Below are positions 10,184 through 19,120 of a stretch of 43,265 nt of DNA, piece by piece. Below the pieces are notes generated by a model, which was given only the letters and a program-made list of their open reading frames with translations, did no database searches and was not told where the DNA came from. The position numbers and the translations under genes are program-made. How positions within the stretch are numbered: position 1 is the stretch's first letter; each line of letters begins with the position of its first letter. Origin of the DNA: a virus (lineage: Duplodnaviria; Caudoviricetes). The DNA lies in the IMG/VR virus record IMGVR_UViG_3300025288_000038, positions 1-43,265 of that record; one strand, written 5' to 3'.

Positions 10184-10675
10184 TTAGAATGGGGACAGTG
10201 CGGTGCCGCTTCCGACGTCGGAAGCCGCGCGATTTTGGATGTCCACCTCGGTCAGGTTTATTGATACTCGCGCGGACATGGGGTGCCCGGACGGGTCCCA
10301 AATATCGTCCGGGTAGGTGACACTAACCTGTTGCACCACGCAAGCCCAGTTGTGGAATACATCGCTGAAATCTAGGTAGCACACAGACGGCGGTATGACC
10401 CCCGGGCGGACCGGAAAGGCCAGGGCACGCAAAGCGTTGATGGGATTTATCACCTCTGCCAGCGCGTCCCGCTGTGCATAAAACCCGATGGTGAACCCTA
10501 CCGACTCGTTGTCGGAGCCGGAGTAATTTAGTACTCCAGAGGACCGGTTCATGATGGCCTGTGAGTCCCATCGTGCTGATTTCGAGTGCTGGAGGGTGGA
10601 CCCTATGACCGAGGTTTCTAAGTACACCCCAGCTTGCGGCGCACGTAGCTTGAGTAGGTTGCTTCCGCCTGGCAT
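10184..10675 (-). CDS. Tail tube initiator (gp48/54-like, CIS tube-like)
   Basis: PP.VCYL.F...V.QVSVTY...G.PMSA.VSI.LTE pattern; position before the LysM-like gene. Confidence 0.7.
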   Translation of the reverse strand: MPGGSNLLKLRAPQAGVYLETSVIGSTLQHSKSARWDSQAIMNRSSGVLNYSGSDNESVGFTIGFYAQRDALAEVINPINALRALAFPVRPGVIPPSVCYLDFSDVFHNWACVVQQVSVTYPDDIWDPSGHPMSARVSINLTEVDIQNRAASDVGSGTALSPF

Positions 10676-12213
10676 TACACATGGGTCCCGATATTGTCTG
10701 TATGAACGCCAGCGGTATGCATATCGCCTACCGTGGCCAGGTCGCCGGTTATAGTGATTTGGGTAGCGTTCAAGTTAATTTGGTTGCCGGATAGGTTGAC
10801 GTGGTCTCCGATTAGGTTAAGCTTTAGATCCGTCTGCACCACGTATTCCCCGGAGGTGTTTCTGTATATCAAGAGTGACGAAGTTCCGGACACTGGGGAC
10901 GATCCAGAGTCTAGAACTATACAACGCTCGGCATGGACTGAAGAGCAATTAGAGGTAAGTAGCTGTCCAACGTCGACAGCGGTTACCGCAGCGGCCACAG
11001 AGTGTACTAGGGCTTGTCCCACAGAAGACACCGACAGGGAGGAACAGGAAGGAGAGTCGGCCTTCAGCAGGGAGAACCCAGACGCAAGTGCGGCCTCTGA
11101 CTGTATTTCTGCTAGCTCTAGGTGGCTCTTGCCATCGCCGGTTAGCGACAGGGTAGAGTGAGAGCCCTTGAACACCTTGTTACGTCCCACGAGCCCACTG
11201 CAAGATAGCGCCGCCGAATGGGTGTCTTTCTTTGAAACCAACGTACCTCCAGACTGCGAGTACGCGCCGTCGTAGGTGGATCTGGACGATTCTATGGTGG
11301 CCCCCGTCAAAGACGTGGTTCCAGACACGGATATATCGTGTGTGCGAACGGACCCGCCCGTTACAGAAATGGACTCCAAGCTACACCCACGGAGTATGGA
11401 CCGGACCGCAGACAGGGTTAACCCGCTAGGGCACGAATCTCCATCCAAGTGAACGCGCCCCCCAGATGCGGACAAGCGCCCAAAGTACGTAGAGTCCCTG
11501 GAGAGTAGGCGGGCCCCGGTGGTGGATACAGTTGACGGGAACTGGCTGTCGGTAACCGTGAGGTCGCCTCCGGACAAAGACAGCGTGTGGACGGCGTTAC
11601 ACTCATCCACGCGCACGGACGATTCGGTGGCGGACAGGGAACCTGTTACCGCTGTGTCTACCAACTGCAGCTCGCTACCGCTGCTACTAACCCAGTTGGT
11701 CACCGTTATTTCTTCGGACCGGTACTCGGACTCTACTGTGTTAAGCTGTGTCACGGAGCCTAGGTGGTGGTACACCTGGGTCCGGTTAGTAGCTAGTATC
11801 TCGAAGGTAGTCCTAGACATCTCGGCCCGGACTGTCTCCAGGTCTCCGTTCTGGAACACGGAGTCTTGTACGTGCATGGTACACCTGTTGAGGTGTAGAT
11901 TGTTGGCTTGCACGTTTTTCAGCTGCACGTGAGCCCCAGCGATAGAGATAAAGTCGCAGCCAGCAGCGTTTTCTACGAGTATCTTCCCGTCGGAGAACGA
12001 TAGTACAGTAATACCAGCCCCATTCCGGTACTCTAGCTGGTTGTCCCCAGCAGCCGAGGTTACGGTTACCGACGGGCAGTTAGACAGGAATAACCGTAGT
12101 CCCTTCGGGAGCACGCAGTTGCCTCCAACGCCTTCCAAAACCACAGTATACCGCGGACTGTCCGGATCGTTTATGTGTTCATCGATCTTACTTTGTAGGG
12201 CTGACTTGGCCAA
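10675..12213 (-). CDS. Beta-helix-rich putative spike protein with His-rich apex
   Basis: TTG start with GGAGG RBS; Ser/Thr/Val-rich short beta repeats; C-terminus INLNATQITITGD...MHTAGVHTDNIGTHV resembles P2 gpV-type spike tips. Confidence 0.6.
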   Translation of the reverse strand: MAKSALQSKIDEHINDPDSPRYTVVLEGVGGNCVLPKGLRLFLSNCPSVTVTSAAGDNQLEYRNGAGITVLSFSDGKILVENAAGCDFISIAGAHVQLKNVQANNLHLNRCTMHVQDSVFQNGDLETVRAEMSRTTFEILATNRTQVYHHLGSVTQLNTVESEYRSEEITVTNWVSSSGSELQLVDTAVTGSLSATESSVRVDECNAVHTLSLSGGDLTVTDSQFPSTVSTTGARLLSRDSTYFGRLSASGGRVHLDGDSCPSGLTLSAVRSILRGCSLESISVTGGSVRTHDISVSGTTSLTGATIESSRSTYDGAYSQSGGTLVSKKDTHSAALSCSGLVGRNKVFKGSHSTLSLTGDGKSHLELAEIQSEAALASGFSLLKADSPSCSSLSVSSVGQALVHSVAAAVTAVDVGQLLTSNCSSVHAERCIVLDSGSSPVSGTSSLLIYRNTSGEYVVQTDLKLNLIGDHVNLSGNQINLNATQITITGDLATVGDMHTAGVHTDNIGTHV

Positions 12214-13128
12214 TTACCACTCCTCCGGCACTTGCAAAACTTCAGCTAGATTGTCCAGCCCCCGGGGAGAGTCCACTACCTGTAGACCGCCAGCTCGATG
12301 GGTGGTAATGTCGTCACCTACGGGTCCGCACTGGTCCTGACCCCACTTATCCCGGAACGACGTCTTGTGGTCCCGGTGTGCGGCCAGATAGTGCCCGGAA
12401 GAGGACACTTGTACGCGGGTCGACGTAGAACCGAAGGAACGCAGGTGGTAGAACGCAGAGCATAGCTCGAGCTCACCCGACGCCATAACGTTGTTCCTAG
12501 ACCAAGAGGTGTCCCGGTCCCTGTACACCGTCTTGGGGCTCCACCCACCCTTCTCCATGGTACCACCCCGCGGCCTATAGTCCGTACCCTCAAGGCGGGA
12601 CCGCATGCGCAGGAACATACTACCAGAGTTCTGTACCACCACGGCACCGTGGTACTCGGCCCCGACGGTGACGTCTTCGAACCAAATCCCGTTCCCTTCC
12701 GACGACCTAGCCACACCTTGCGTTTGCGGGTACCACTCCCCGTCGAACGACCAGTTCTCCATCGGGGTGTCCACCCCGAACTCTGAGTTGTGGGGTAACT
12801 TACCCCGGCCAGCGGGGGTGGCGTACCAATACCCGAACCACACCGGAAAGTTCTTGTCACCATTCTCAAACATAACCCACACGCGGTCGAACCGCTCCGG
12901 GGCATTAAACGACCCCTTCAATGGGTGGGCGCATTCAGCCCACGGTAGGGAGTCAGTCGGGCTGTTACGGTAGTCTCCGTGGACGGAGTAAACCCGTACC
13001 TTAATACGTCCGGTATGCGTGGAGTCGGAGGAGTCTTCCACCACCCCCTTAAATACGCCGTGCAGAACATCCGTTTGCGGGCGGGACTGACCCCCTTTGT
13101 TTAACTGGGTACGGACATACGGGTTCAC
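12214..13128 (-). CDS. Baseplate spike N-terminal OB-fold protein (gp5/VgrG-type)
   Basis: GVVED..D...GRIKVRV...LPWA...P...DRVWVMFENGD...PVW.G motif. Confidence 0.85.
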   Translation of the reverse strand: MNPYVRTQLNKGGQSRPQTDVLHGVFKGVVEDSSDSTHTGRIKVRVYSVHGDYRNSPTDSLPWAECAHPLKGSFNAPERFDRVWVMFENGDKNFPVWFGYWYATPAGRGKLPHNSEFGVDTPMENWSFDGEWYPQTQGVARSSEGNGIWFEDVTVGAEYHGAVVVQNSGSMFLRMRSRLEGTDYRPRGGTMEKGGWSPKTVYRDRDTSWSRNNVMASGELELCSAFYHLRSFGSTSTRVQVSSSGHYLAAHRDHKTSFRDKWGQDQCGPVGDDITTHRAGGLQVVDSPRGLDNLAEVLQVPEEW

Positions 13129-14441
13129 AGCCCGGGCTCCTGGGGCGGCCCAAACCGAATAAGGGTAGCTGTGGTGGTGTATTTTCCATTAGTAATTTCA
13201 TGCTCCACCTCGGTGCAGTAGTATAGCCCACTAGTGAAGTGGCGCTTACCGGCGGTGTTGGGGTATCGTAGCGAGTGCGGATAGAAGTACACCACCTCTA
13301 TCTGCGTGTTGGGTACTAGGTACGGGTCTCCAAGTACGGTAAGTGTAGCCGTGTTGCCCCACAAGGCCTGGGCTAGGTGGTTTGATAGAGTGCGGGTAAA
13401 CCCGACTATTGGGTCGAACGAGGGTCCGCGCCTGACCCGCAACCCACGTGACGTAACCGACTCCTCCATGTTCTCCGAGCAGTAGTATTTGAGCTGTTGT
13501 GGCTTCTGGATAGGAGGGTACGGGTGGAGGTTAGTGTTTACCGGGGCCGGACCCAGTTCGGAGCCATACGGCTTTGTGTTGCGGAAGTCCAAGCAAAACT
13601 TCTGGTCCTCCCCGGTACGTGGGTTGTATCCGTTTACCATAACTTGGCTAGCGCCCAAGGCTGACACACCGGTAAACGATATGTTGGGGTTCCAGGACAC
13701 CACCACGGAGTCTTTGTCCTGCACTACATACCGACGCGTCTTGGGCGCGTTCTCTGGCAGGGTCAGCTTCATCTTGTCTATCCCGCCCTCGGTTACGAAG
13801 CTTAGGGTGTACCCTACCTTACCGTCGGGGGACACTGCGTAGTTGACTAACCTCTGTACGAAAGACAGGTCGGTCTCCTCGTTGGTCTTCGAGAAGGTGG
13901 CCGTGCGATACTCCGATGTGCGGCCGGTGGGGTCCATTACCTTGAGCTTCGAAAGGTCGATGTTGGGCGTTACTTCGAGCGTGTAGTTGTGAATCTTGGC
14001 TACTGCCTCAAGGCACTCCTGTAGGGTACCGTTGTACTGGTTACTAGCGATGAGAGTGGTGGCACTAGTAAGGTACCCGTTTGCAGTAAGTGTAAAGTAG
14101 TTATGTCCAATAGCAGTGTTGTACCCCTGCAGCATGAAGGAACGCCACTCGGATAGGTCGCTCCCGTTTTGCGCAGTGTACCCCCACCGGCACCGACCCA
14201 TTGGGGCGTTACCCTTGCTCTCGTCCCGGGCTAGCCAGAAGTGCGGCTCTACGTCGAACCCGGTGTCGTCGAACAGTACAGCAGTGAAGGTACCCACCCC
14301 CATGGCCGACGTCTCCTTTAGGTTGAACGACATGGGTACGGTAGCCTCCCCGGGCCCGTACTCGTAGATACGGCTAAGCCCGCCGATCTCAATCTCAAAT
14401 ATAGCGTTAGTTGGGGCCTTCTTCTGGGCCAAGTATGTCAC
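13125..14441 (-). CDS. Baseplate hub protein, gp27/gpD-like
   Basis: ETDLSFVQRL and TVLGDP.L.P...SGLYYCTEVEH.I..G.YTT...L.R motifs; GTG start overlapping the tape-measure TGA. Confidence 0.8.
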   Translation of the reverse strand: MTYLAQKKAPTNAIFEIEIGGLSRIYEYGPGEATVPMSFNLKETSAMGVGTFTAVLFDDTGFDVEPHFWLARDESKGNAPMGRCRWGYTAQNGSDLSEWRSFMLQGYNTAIGHNYFTLTANGYLTSATTLIASNQYNGTLQECLEAVAKIHNYTLEVTPNIDLSKLKVMDPTGRTSEYRTATFSKTNEETDLSFVQRLVNYAVSPDGKVGYTLSFVTEGGIDKMKLTLPENAPKTRRYVVQDKDSVVVSWNPNISFTGVSALGASQVMVNGYNPRTGEDQKFCLDFRNTKPYGSELGPAPVNTNLHPYPPIQKPQQLKYYCSENMEESVTSRGLRVRRGPSFDPIVGFTRTLSNHLAQALWGNTATLTVLGDPYLVPNTQIEVVYFYPHSLRYPNTAGKRHFTSGLYYCTEVEHEITNGKYTTTATLIRFGPPQEPGL

Positions 14442-17400
14442 TGACCACCCTCCCCAACGGCGTCGAATACGCCGTAGTCCCGCATGTTGTTCCTGGCAGT
14501 CTGCGCACGCATCCACTCGTCGTGCTTGGCTTTGTGCACGTTAGCCTCCTTCGCGCTTTGGGCCAGCTCAATAATAGCCTGCTGCGCCTCCGGGTTGAGC
14601 TGGGCAGTAGTAGGGCCGGCCGGCACGACCATCGATCGGCGCTGCTCGGCAGCCAGACGAGCCAGGGCGTCGGTCTTCTCCTCTGTAAACCTGGACTGGA
14701 CGTTCGCACGTACCTCTGGGGTAGCCCGGCTGAAGTAGCGCCCGGACCGGTCGTAAATGGCTCCGATGAGTTCCTCCTCAGAGTACTTTGACAAGTCCCC
14801 GAGGTCCCCCAAGAGGCTGTTAAAGTGGTCGCCTAATTGCACGGAGCGAGACCAGAATACATCCTGCATGGTCTTGGACATCTTTGTGGTATCCAGCCCC
14901 AGCTTTTGCGCCCCCTCGACGGCTGGGTTGAAGTGAGTTCCCTTGATGAAGTCGTGCTCCAAATTTTTTAGGAGTCCGGCCTCAGCCATCTCGACCCACT
15001 TCTTAGCAAACTTACCCTTCTTGTCGTACGAATCCATCTTCAGTGGGGACAGCTGATCGTACAACTGTTTGTCCTTCTTACGCATGAATGCCATAAACTG
15101 GTCTAGGGTACCGGTCTGCTGGGAAATCTGGTACGTGCCGTAGGAGGTACCACCACGGCTATCATAGCCGATGGCAGCGGACCCACGCGGCCCGGACTCG
15201 TATTTGGCGGATAGCGACCCGAGCTTAGACGACGAGGAGGAAGCCGCGTCCCGTATGGCCTTCTGATTACGCGCTATGGCGTCGTCTGACAGGCCCATTA
15301 AGCCTTTCGTCCACCTGGTTATCTTACTGTCCGCGCCGAACACCTTCTCGGCCCCCTGGATGGTGATCTGCTGTACAACCTTCTTGGTGGCTTCGATCTT
15401 ACCGTTACGGACCGACTCGCCCTTCCACCACTTGAACACGGCGTCGATCTTGTCAATCCACCCCTTTAGCGCCTTGATAGGGGCCATGACCCGGCTGACG
15501 ATGGCCTCTCCTACTGCTGTGAAGGCTTGCCAGATGGACTGTATAGCGGACCGTACCGCCTCTAGCGGCTTCAGTATGGCTTTTACCACCGGGTTGCCGG
15601 ATATGGACTCCCAGGCACGGGATAGCAGCCCGATTACCTCGCCTGTGACGGCCTTCCAGAAGCGGACCGGGATTAGTATGAAGTCCACAATAGTCGTACC
15701 AACCTTGCCGGCAATCTCTTTGATCTTGTCCCAGTGCTCGTACAAAAGGGCGAACGCTGCTACGACCAGCATAACTACCCGGACGATCGGGTTCATGCCG
15801 ATGATGAAGTTTATCGCAGCTAGCCCAGTCTTGAATAGGGTGGTGGCGGTGACTACTCCGCCAATGGCTACGGCGATGTAACCTATACCCTTGGCTATCA
15901 ACCCTATGGGCCCCGACATGAACTCAAGCGTACCGGCAGCCAGCTTGAGGCCCCAGGCAATGGCAGCTATTGCAGGTTCGAGTGCCCGCATCAGCGGCAT
16001 GCCCACCACCACTAGCAGACTGTGTCCGATGGAGCGGATGTGTCCTAAGATGGTGGTCCACATTTTGTTGACGTCGTCGAGGGACTTGTTGGAGTCGGCC
16101 TCCTTGCGATTGCGCTTCTGTATGTCCTGTAGGTACTGCTGCTGAAGCATAACCATGGCTCTCTGCTTGTCCACGCCTTGTGCCAGTAGTTGTGGCAACT
16201 TCTCCGCGGCGTACTTCTGCATGCCGGTGAACAACTTGTCGGCCTCCTCGTCAGTCATGAGAAGGTTATCCTTCATCTGCTTCTTTATCGTCTGCACAAA
16301 CCGCTCGGTGTAATCGTCCCAGGTAGCTTGGTTTCCGAACAGGACGTCGGCGGACAAACCCTGGCTGGCAGCCGTGTCGGCCATGTACTTCAGGCCCGCG
16401 TTGGCGCGCTCGATCATGAACGCGCCGAAGTCGTTCTTGCGTAACTTATTCAGTTCGTTTATGGTATTACCGGTCTGCATAGACATGAAGGCTAACGCCC
16501 GTATAGACTCGGGGTTAGTTAAGTCCCCCATCTTCTTGGCCACTTGGTCGACCACGCTACCGGAGATGCCTAGCTCCTTGTACAGGCCGCGGGCGCGAAG
16601 GAGACCAGACACTACAGTTTGGGTAGCCTCTACCCCCGCCATACCCCATTGGGTCATGACCTCGGAAGCTCCCAACGTGGACTCGCGAATTTCCTGCAGT
16701 GACAGGTTATAAGACTTACCTATCTCGAACGCGCCGTTGACGATCTTGTTGGAGTCTTCCAGTTCCACGCCAAGCTCGTGAAGGCCGTATACCAACCGCC
16801 CGGTCTCGTCAGCGGAGTAGCCGTATACCTTCATCCAGTTGGCAGCAGATACTAGGTAGTTGTCCATGCTCTCGCCCAAGTTCCGAGTAAGCAGGCCAGC
16901 GTCACTTAGGGCGTTAGCCAGTTCGACAACACGGTCTTGAGCTATCCCGGTGGCCGCTGAGGCATTGTCGATCGAGGAGTATATGGATTCGTATGCCTTG
17001 GTGAATTTGCCAGTATCCTGCACGATAATCTTCTTAAGGTCCCCTTGCAGGTCCACGGCGGCGGCTAGCGGTATCGACAACAGGGCGGCAAACGGGGTTA
17101 TCCGGCCCACGAGAGACCCTACGGACAAGAAGGCCGCTCCGAGGCTGCCAGCTACGGCCCCGCCAAGGGAGGTAAACTTCCTCTCCAGCCCGCTCAGGAA
17201 GTGCATCGTAGCCCTGGCTCCTGGATTTTTGGTCACATCCGGTGGTAGGCGCTCGAACAAAGTCTCGATGACGGTGGCGTGCTTCTTAGCGGCCTGGGAC
17301 AATCGGGACATACCGGAAATGGCCTGGTCCGTGCGCAGCTGGACGGAAACTGGGGCCATCTTAAAGGGCTTAACCTTGGTGCTATTCTGGGTGGAAGACA

Positions 17401-17605
17401 CCGCGGAGTTGATGGCTGACACCAGAGACTCGGTCAAGGCTCCGGTGGACTTCTTGTTAGACAGCTGCTTAACCAAGCCTTGCACCAAGGAGTCGGCCAC
17501 GGCACCGTACTTCTTCTGGAGAGACCCGGCCCCCTTTTGGAAGGCATTCACGAGGCCCTCCATGAGTCCTTGGGCGAGCATCTCGTGTAAGACATCCGCG
17601 GCCAT
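14438..17605 (-). CDS. Tape measure protein with C-terminal peptidoglycan-hydrolase-like domain
   Basis: 1055 aa, helical and Ala/Gly-rich, central hydrophobic segments, W/F-spaced repeats; C-terminal LSAKYESG...GGTSYGTYQ motif; AAGGAG RBS. Confidence 0.88.
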   Translation of the reverse strand: MAADVLHEMLAQGLMEGLVNAFQKGAGSLQKKYGAVADSLVQGLVKQLSNKKSTGALTESLVSAINSAVSSTQNSTKVKPFKMAPVSVQLRTDQAISGMSRLSQAAKKHATVIETLFERLPPDVTKNPGARATMHFLSGLERKFTSLGGAVAGSLGAAFLSVGSLVGRITPFAALLSIPLAAAVDLQGDLKKIIVQDTGKFTKAYESIYSSIDNASAATGIAQDRVVELANALSDAGLLTRNLGESMDNYLVSAANWMKVYGYSADETGRLVYGLHELGVELEDSNKIVNGAFEIGKSYNLSLQEIRESTLGASEVMTQWGMAGVEATQTVVSGLLRARGLYKELGISGSVVDQVAKKMGDLTNPESIRALAFMSMQTGNTINELNKLRKNDFGAFMIERANAGLKYMADTAASQGLSADVLFGNQATWDDYTERFVQTIKKQMKDNLLMTDEEADKLFTGMQKYAAEKLPQLLAQGVDKQRAMVMLQQQYLQDIQKRNRKEADSNKSLDDVNKMWTTILGHIRSIGHSLLVVVGMPLMRALEPAIAAIAWGLKLAAGTLEFMSGPIGLIAKGIGYIAVAIGGVVTATTLFKTGLAAINFIIGMNPIVRVVMLVVAAFALLYEHWDKIKEIAGKVGTTIVDFILIPVRFWKAVTGEVIGLLSRAWESISGNPVVKAILKPLEAVRSAIQSIWQAFTAVGEAIVSRVMAPIKALKGWIDKIDAVFKWWKGESVRNGKIEATKKVVQQITIQGAEKVFGADSKITRWTKGLMGLSDDAIARNQKAIRDAASSSSSKLGSLSAKYESGPRGSAAIGYDSRGGTSYGTYQISQQTGTLDQFMAFMRKKDKQLYDQLSPLKMDSYDKKGKFAKKWVEMAEAGLLKNLEHDFIKGTHFNPAVEGAQKLGLDTTKMSKTMQDVFWSRSVQLGDHFNSLLGDLGDLSKYSEEELIGAIYDRSGRYFSRATPEVRANVQSRFTEEKTDALARLAAEQRRSMVVPAGPTTAQLNPEAQQAIIELAQSAKEANVHKAKHDEWMRAQTARNNMRDYGVFDAVGEGGQ

Positions 17606-17619
17606 CGTACTACTCCTTG

Positions 17620-17794
17620 TTAAGACTCAGATTCTTTCTCCTTGCGGCGCTGCGTAGCGAGCTGGTCGACTAACGCTTCGAGCTCCAGCGGGGTCACTAA
17701 CTCCAGGTCTCCCCAAGTGAACCCGCCGCCCCCGTGATACACTAGGGCAAATTGCATATCGAAGATATTTTTAGCCTCTTCAGGCGTTGGGACG
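17620..17794 (-). CDS. gp51/gpT-like chaperone extension, probably reached by +1 frameshift
   Basis: Not in the ORF track. The +1 frame after TTT TTT C reads VPTPEEAKNIFDMQFALVYHGGGGFTWGDLELVTPLELEALVDQLATQRRKEKESES*. The internal ATG at 17757 has no well-spaced RBS. Confidence 0.7.
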
Positions 17795-18556
17795 AAAAAA
17801 CTCCTCGTTTAGAGCCAACCGAGTGTCGTTTTGGTACCCGCAGGAACCGCAGGTGCACGTTACCACCTCTTTGATGCCGACATCCCGGTCGGCAACGGCG
17901 TCGATCAGGTGGTTGATGTCTACCAAGCTGAGCTTGTCCAAGTACTCCAGCCGAGCCGAGAGGGACTGCGCCAGCGCGCCCTCCATACCCGTAGTAGCGG
18001 ACACAAGTTGGGCGATGCGCACGAAGGTGGTGTCGAGGTGGGAGTTGAACTCCCTGCCCTTCTTCTTGCCAGAGACAATGAACTGGGCTACTACGCGCTC
18101 GTCACCAAGGGTGGGTAGCCGGAATACCACCTCATCCCCGGAGTCGGGTAGCGTGGTTTGGTTCTCCTCAGGGTTAAACCCGTCCACGTCCTCGGCGTAG
18201 GCGATCTCAATTTGGGTAAGGTCCACGGAGGTGCGTTCAGAGGACTCGCAGTTGTCGCATCGGTATCGCACGGGGTACTTCTGGCCTAGCGACATAAGCC
18301 GTACCGCGAACATGATGGCATTAGCGTCGCTGAGTAGCAGTGAGTCGACTGGGAACGGGACGGGCTCGACAATGACTCGGGACAGCAGGTTAAAGTACAA
18401 CCGGTATGCGTCAGTGCCGCGGGTAGCGATAATCTTCTGATCCCCGGCCAAGAATGGGCGAAGTCCGACGGAATCCCCAGCGGGCAGGGTGATGCCGTAA
18501 GAAGAGCCGCGGGACGGTAGCGGAAGATAAGTACCCTTGAGGGTTAGACGTTGCAT
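17780..18556 (-). CDS. Tail/baseplate hub assembly chaperone, T4 gp26-like
   Basis: LPSRG..Y start, D..AIMFAVR..S.G, two CxxC pairs and a C-terminal FFRP; lies between tube and tape measure. Confidence 0.8.
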   Translation of the reverse strand: MQRLTLKGTYLPLPSRGSSYGITLPAGDSVGLRPFLAGDQKIIATRGTDAYRLYFNLLSRVIVEPVPFPVDSLLLSDANAIMFAVRLMSLGQKYPVRYRCDNCESSERTSVDLTQIEIAYAEDVDGFNPEENQTTLPDSGDEVVFRLPTLGDERVVAQFIVSGKKKGREFNSHLDTTFVRIAQLVSATTGMEGALAQSLSARLEYLDKLSLVDINHLIDAVADRDVGIKEVVTCTCGSCGYQNDTRLALNEEFFRPNA

Positions 18557-18572
18557 GTAGTTCTCCTGGAAT

Positions 18573-18593
18573 GTAAATAGCCGGCGAACCGGC
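18573..18593 (-). terminator. UUCG-tetraloop hairpin after the tail tube gene
   Basis: Minus strand GCCGG-TTCG-CCGGC followed by TATTTAC; weak U tract. Confidence 0.55.
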
Positions 18594-18600
18594 CGTTGAG

Positions 18601-19101
18601 TTATTCAACGGTAAAGTAATCACAGACGAGCTCGATTTCGAGCTCGACGCCCTCGGCACTACCGTAGTCCATGTCACCATGGTTGACGGTCTTCGGCCAC
18701 AGGTTGTACAGCGCGTACCGGCGGACGGTCCCACCCTTGGAATCGTACCGGGTGGCGAAGCCCATCTTTTTATACTCGGAAGCAAACCCGAGTACCTTGG
18801 TCTCAGGGTCGAATACCTTCTTCTGCCATGCAACGGCAGCCGCTACCATGTCGGGGGACACCACGTCACGGACTTTCAAGGTGCCGTTCGAGAAGGATAC
18901 CTTGCCGGCGATCTTTGTGGCCGCGTTGAAGTGCTGGATAGTCAGCTCCTCGACGTCCATCTTCGGTAGGGAGAAGGATTGGGCAAACAGCTCGGTAGGA
19001 CCGAGCTCGGGGATTTCGACCTCGTAGCCGTTTTTACGAACGGGTTCGCCGGTGGTACCGGTGCCCTGGCTCAGCTGGTAGCTAATATCAATAGTAGCCA
19101 T
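18601..19101 (-). CDS. Tail tube protein, T4 gp19-like
   Basis: SFSLPK..VE, KIAGKVSF, YKK, LYNLWP...GDMDY and IELVCDY motifs; follows the sheath gene. Confidence 0.92.
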   Translation of the reverse strand: MATIDISYQLSQGTGTTGEPVRKNGYEVEIPELGPTELFAQSFSLPKMDVEELTIQHFNAATKIAGKVSFSNGTLKVRDVVSPDMVAAAVAWQKKVFDPETKVLGFASEYKKMGFATRYDSKGGTVRRYALYNLWPKTVNHGDMDYGSAEGVELEIELVCDYFTVE

Positions 19102-19120
19102 TATTCATATCTCCGTTGTG

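Noticed and set aside
17743-17801. Canonical -1 frameshift at G TTT TTT
   Set aside because: The -1 frame stops after 17 codons, whereas the +1 frame carries the gp51-like sequence.
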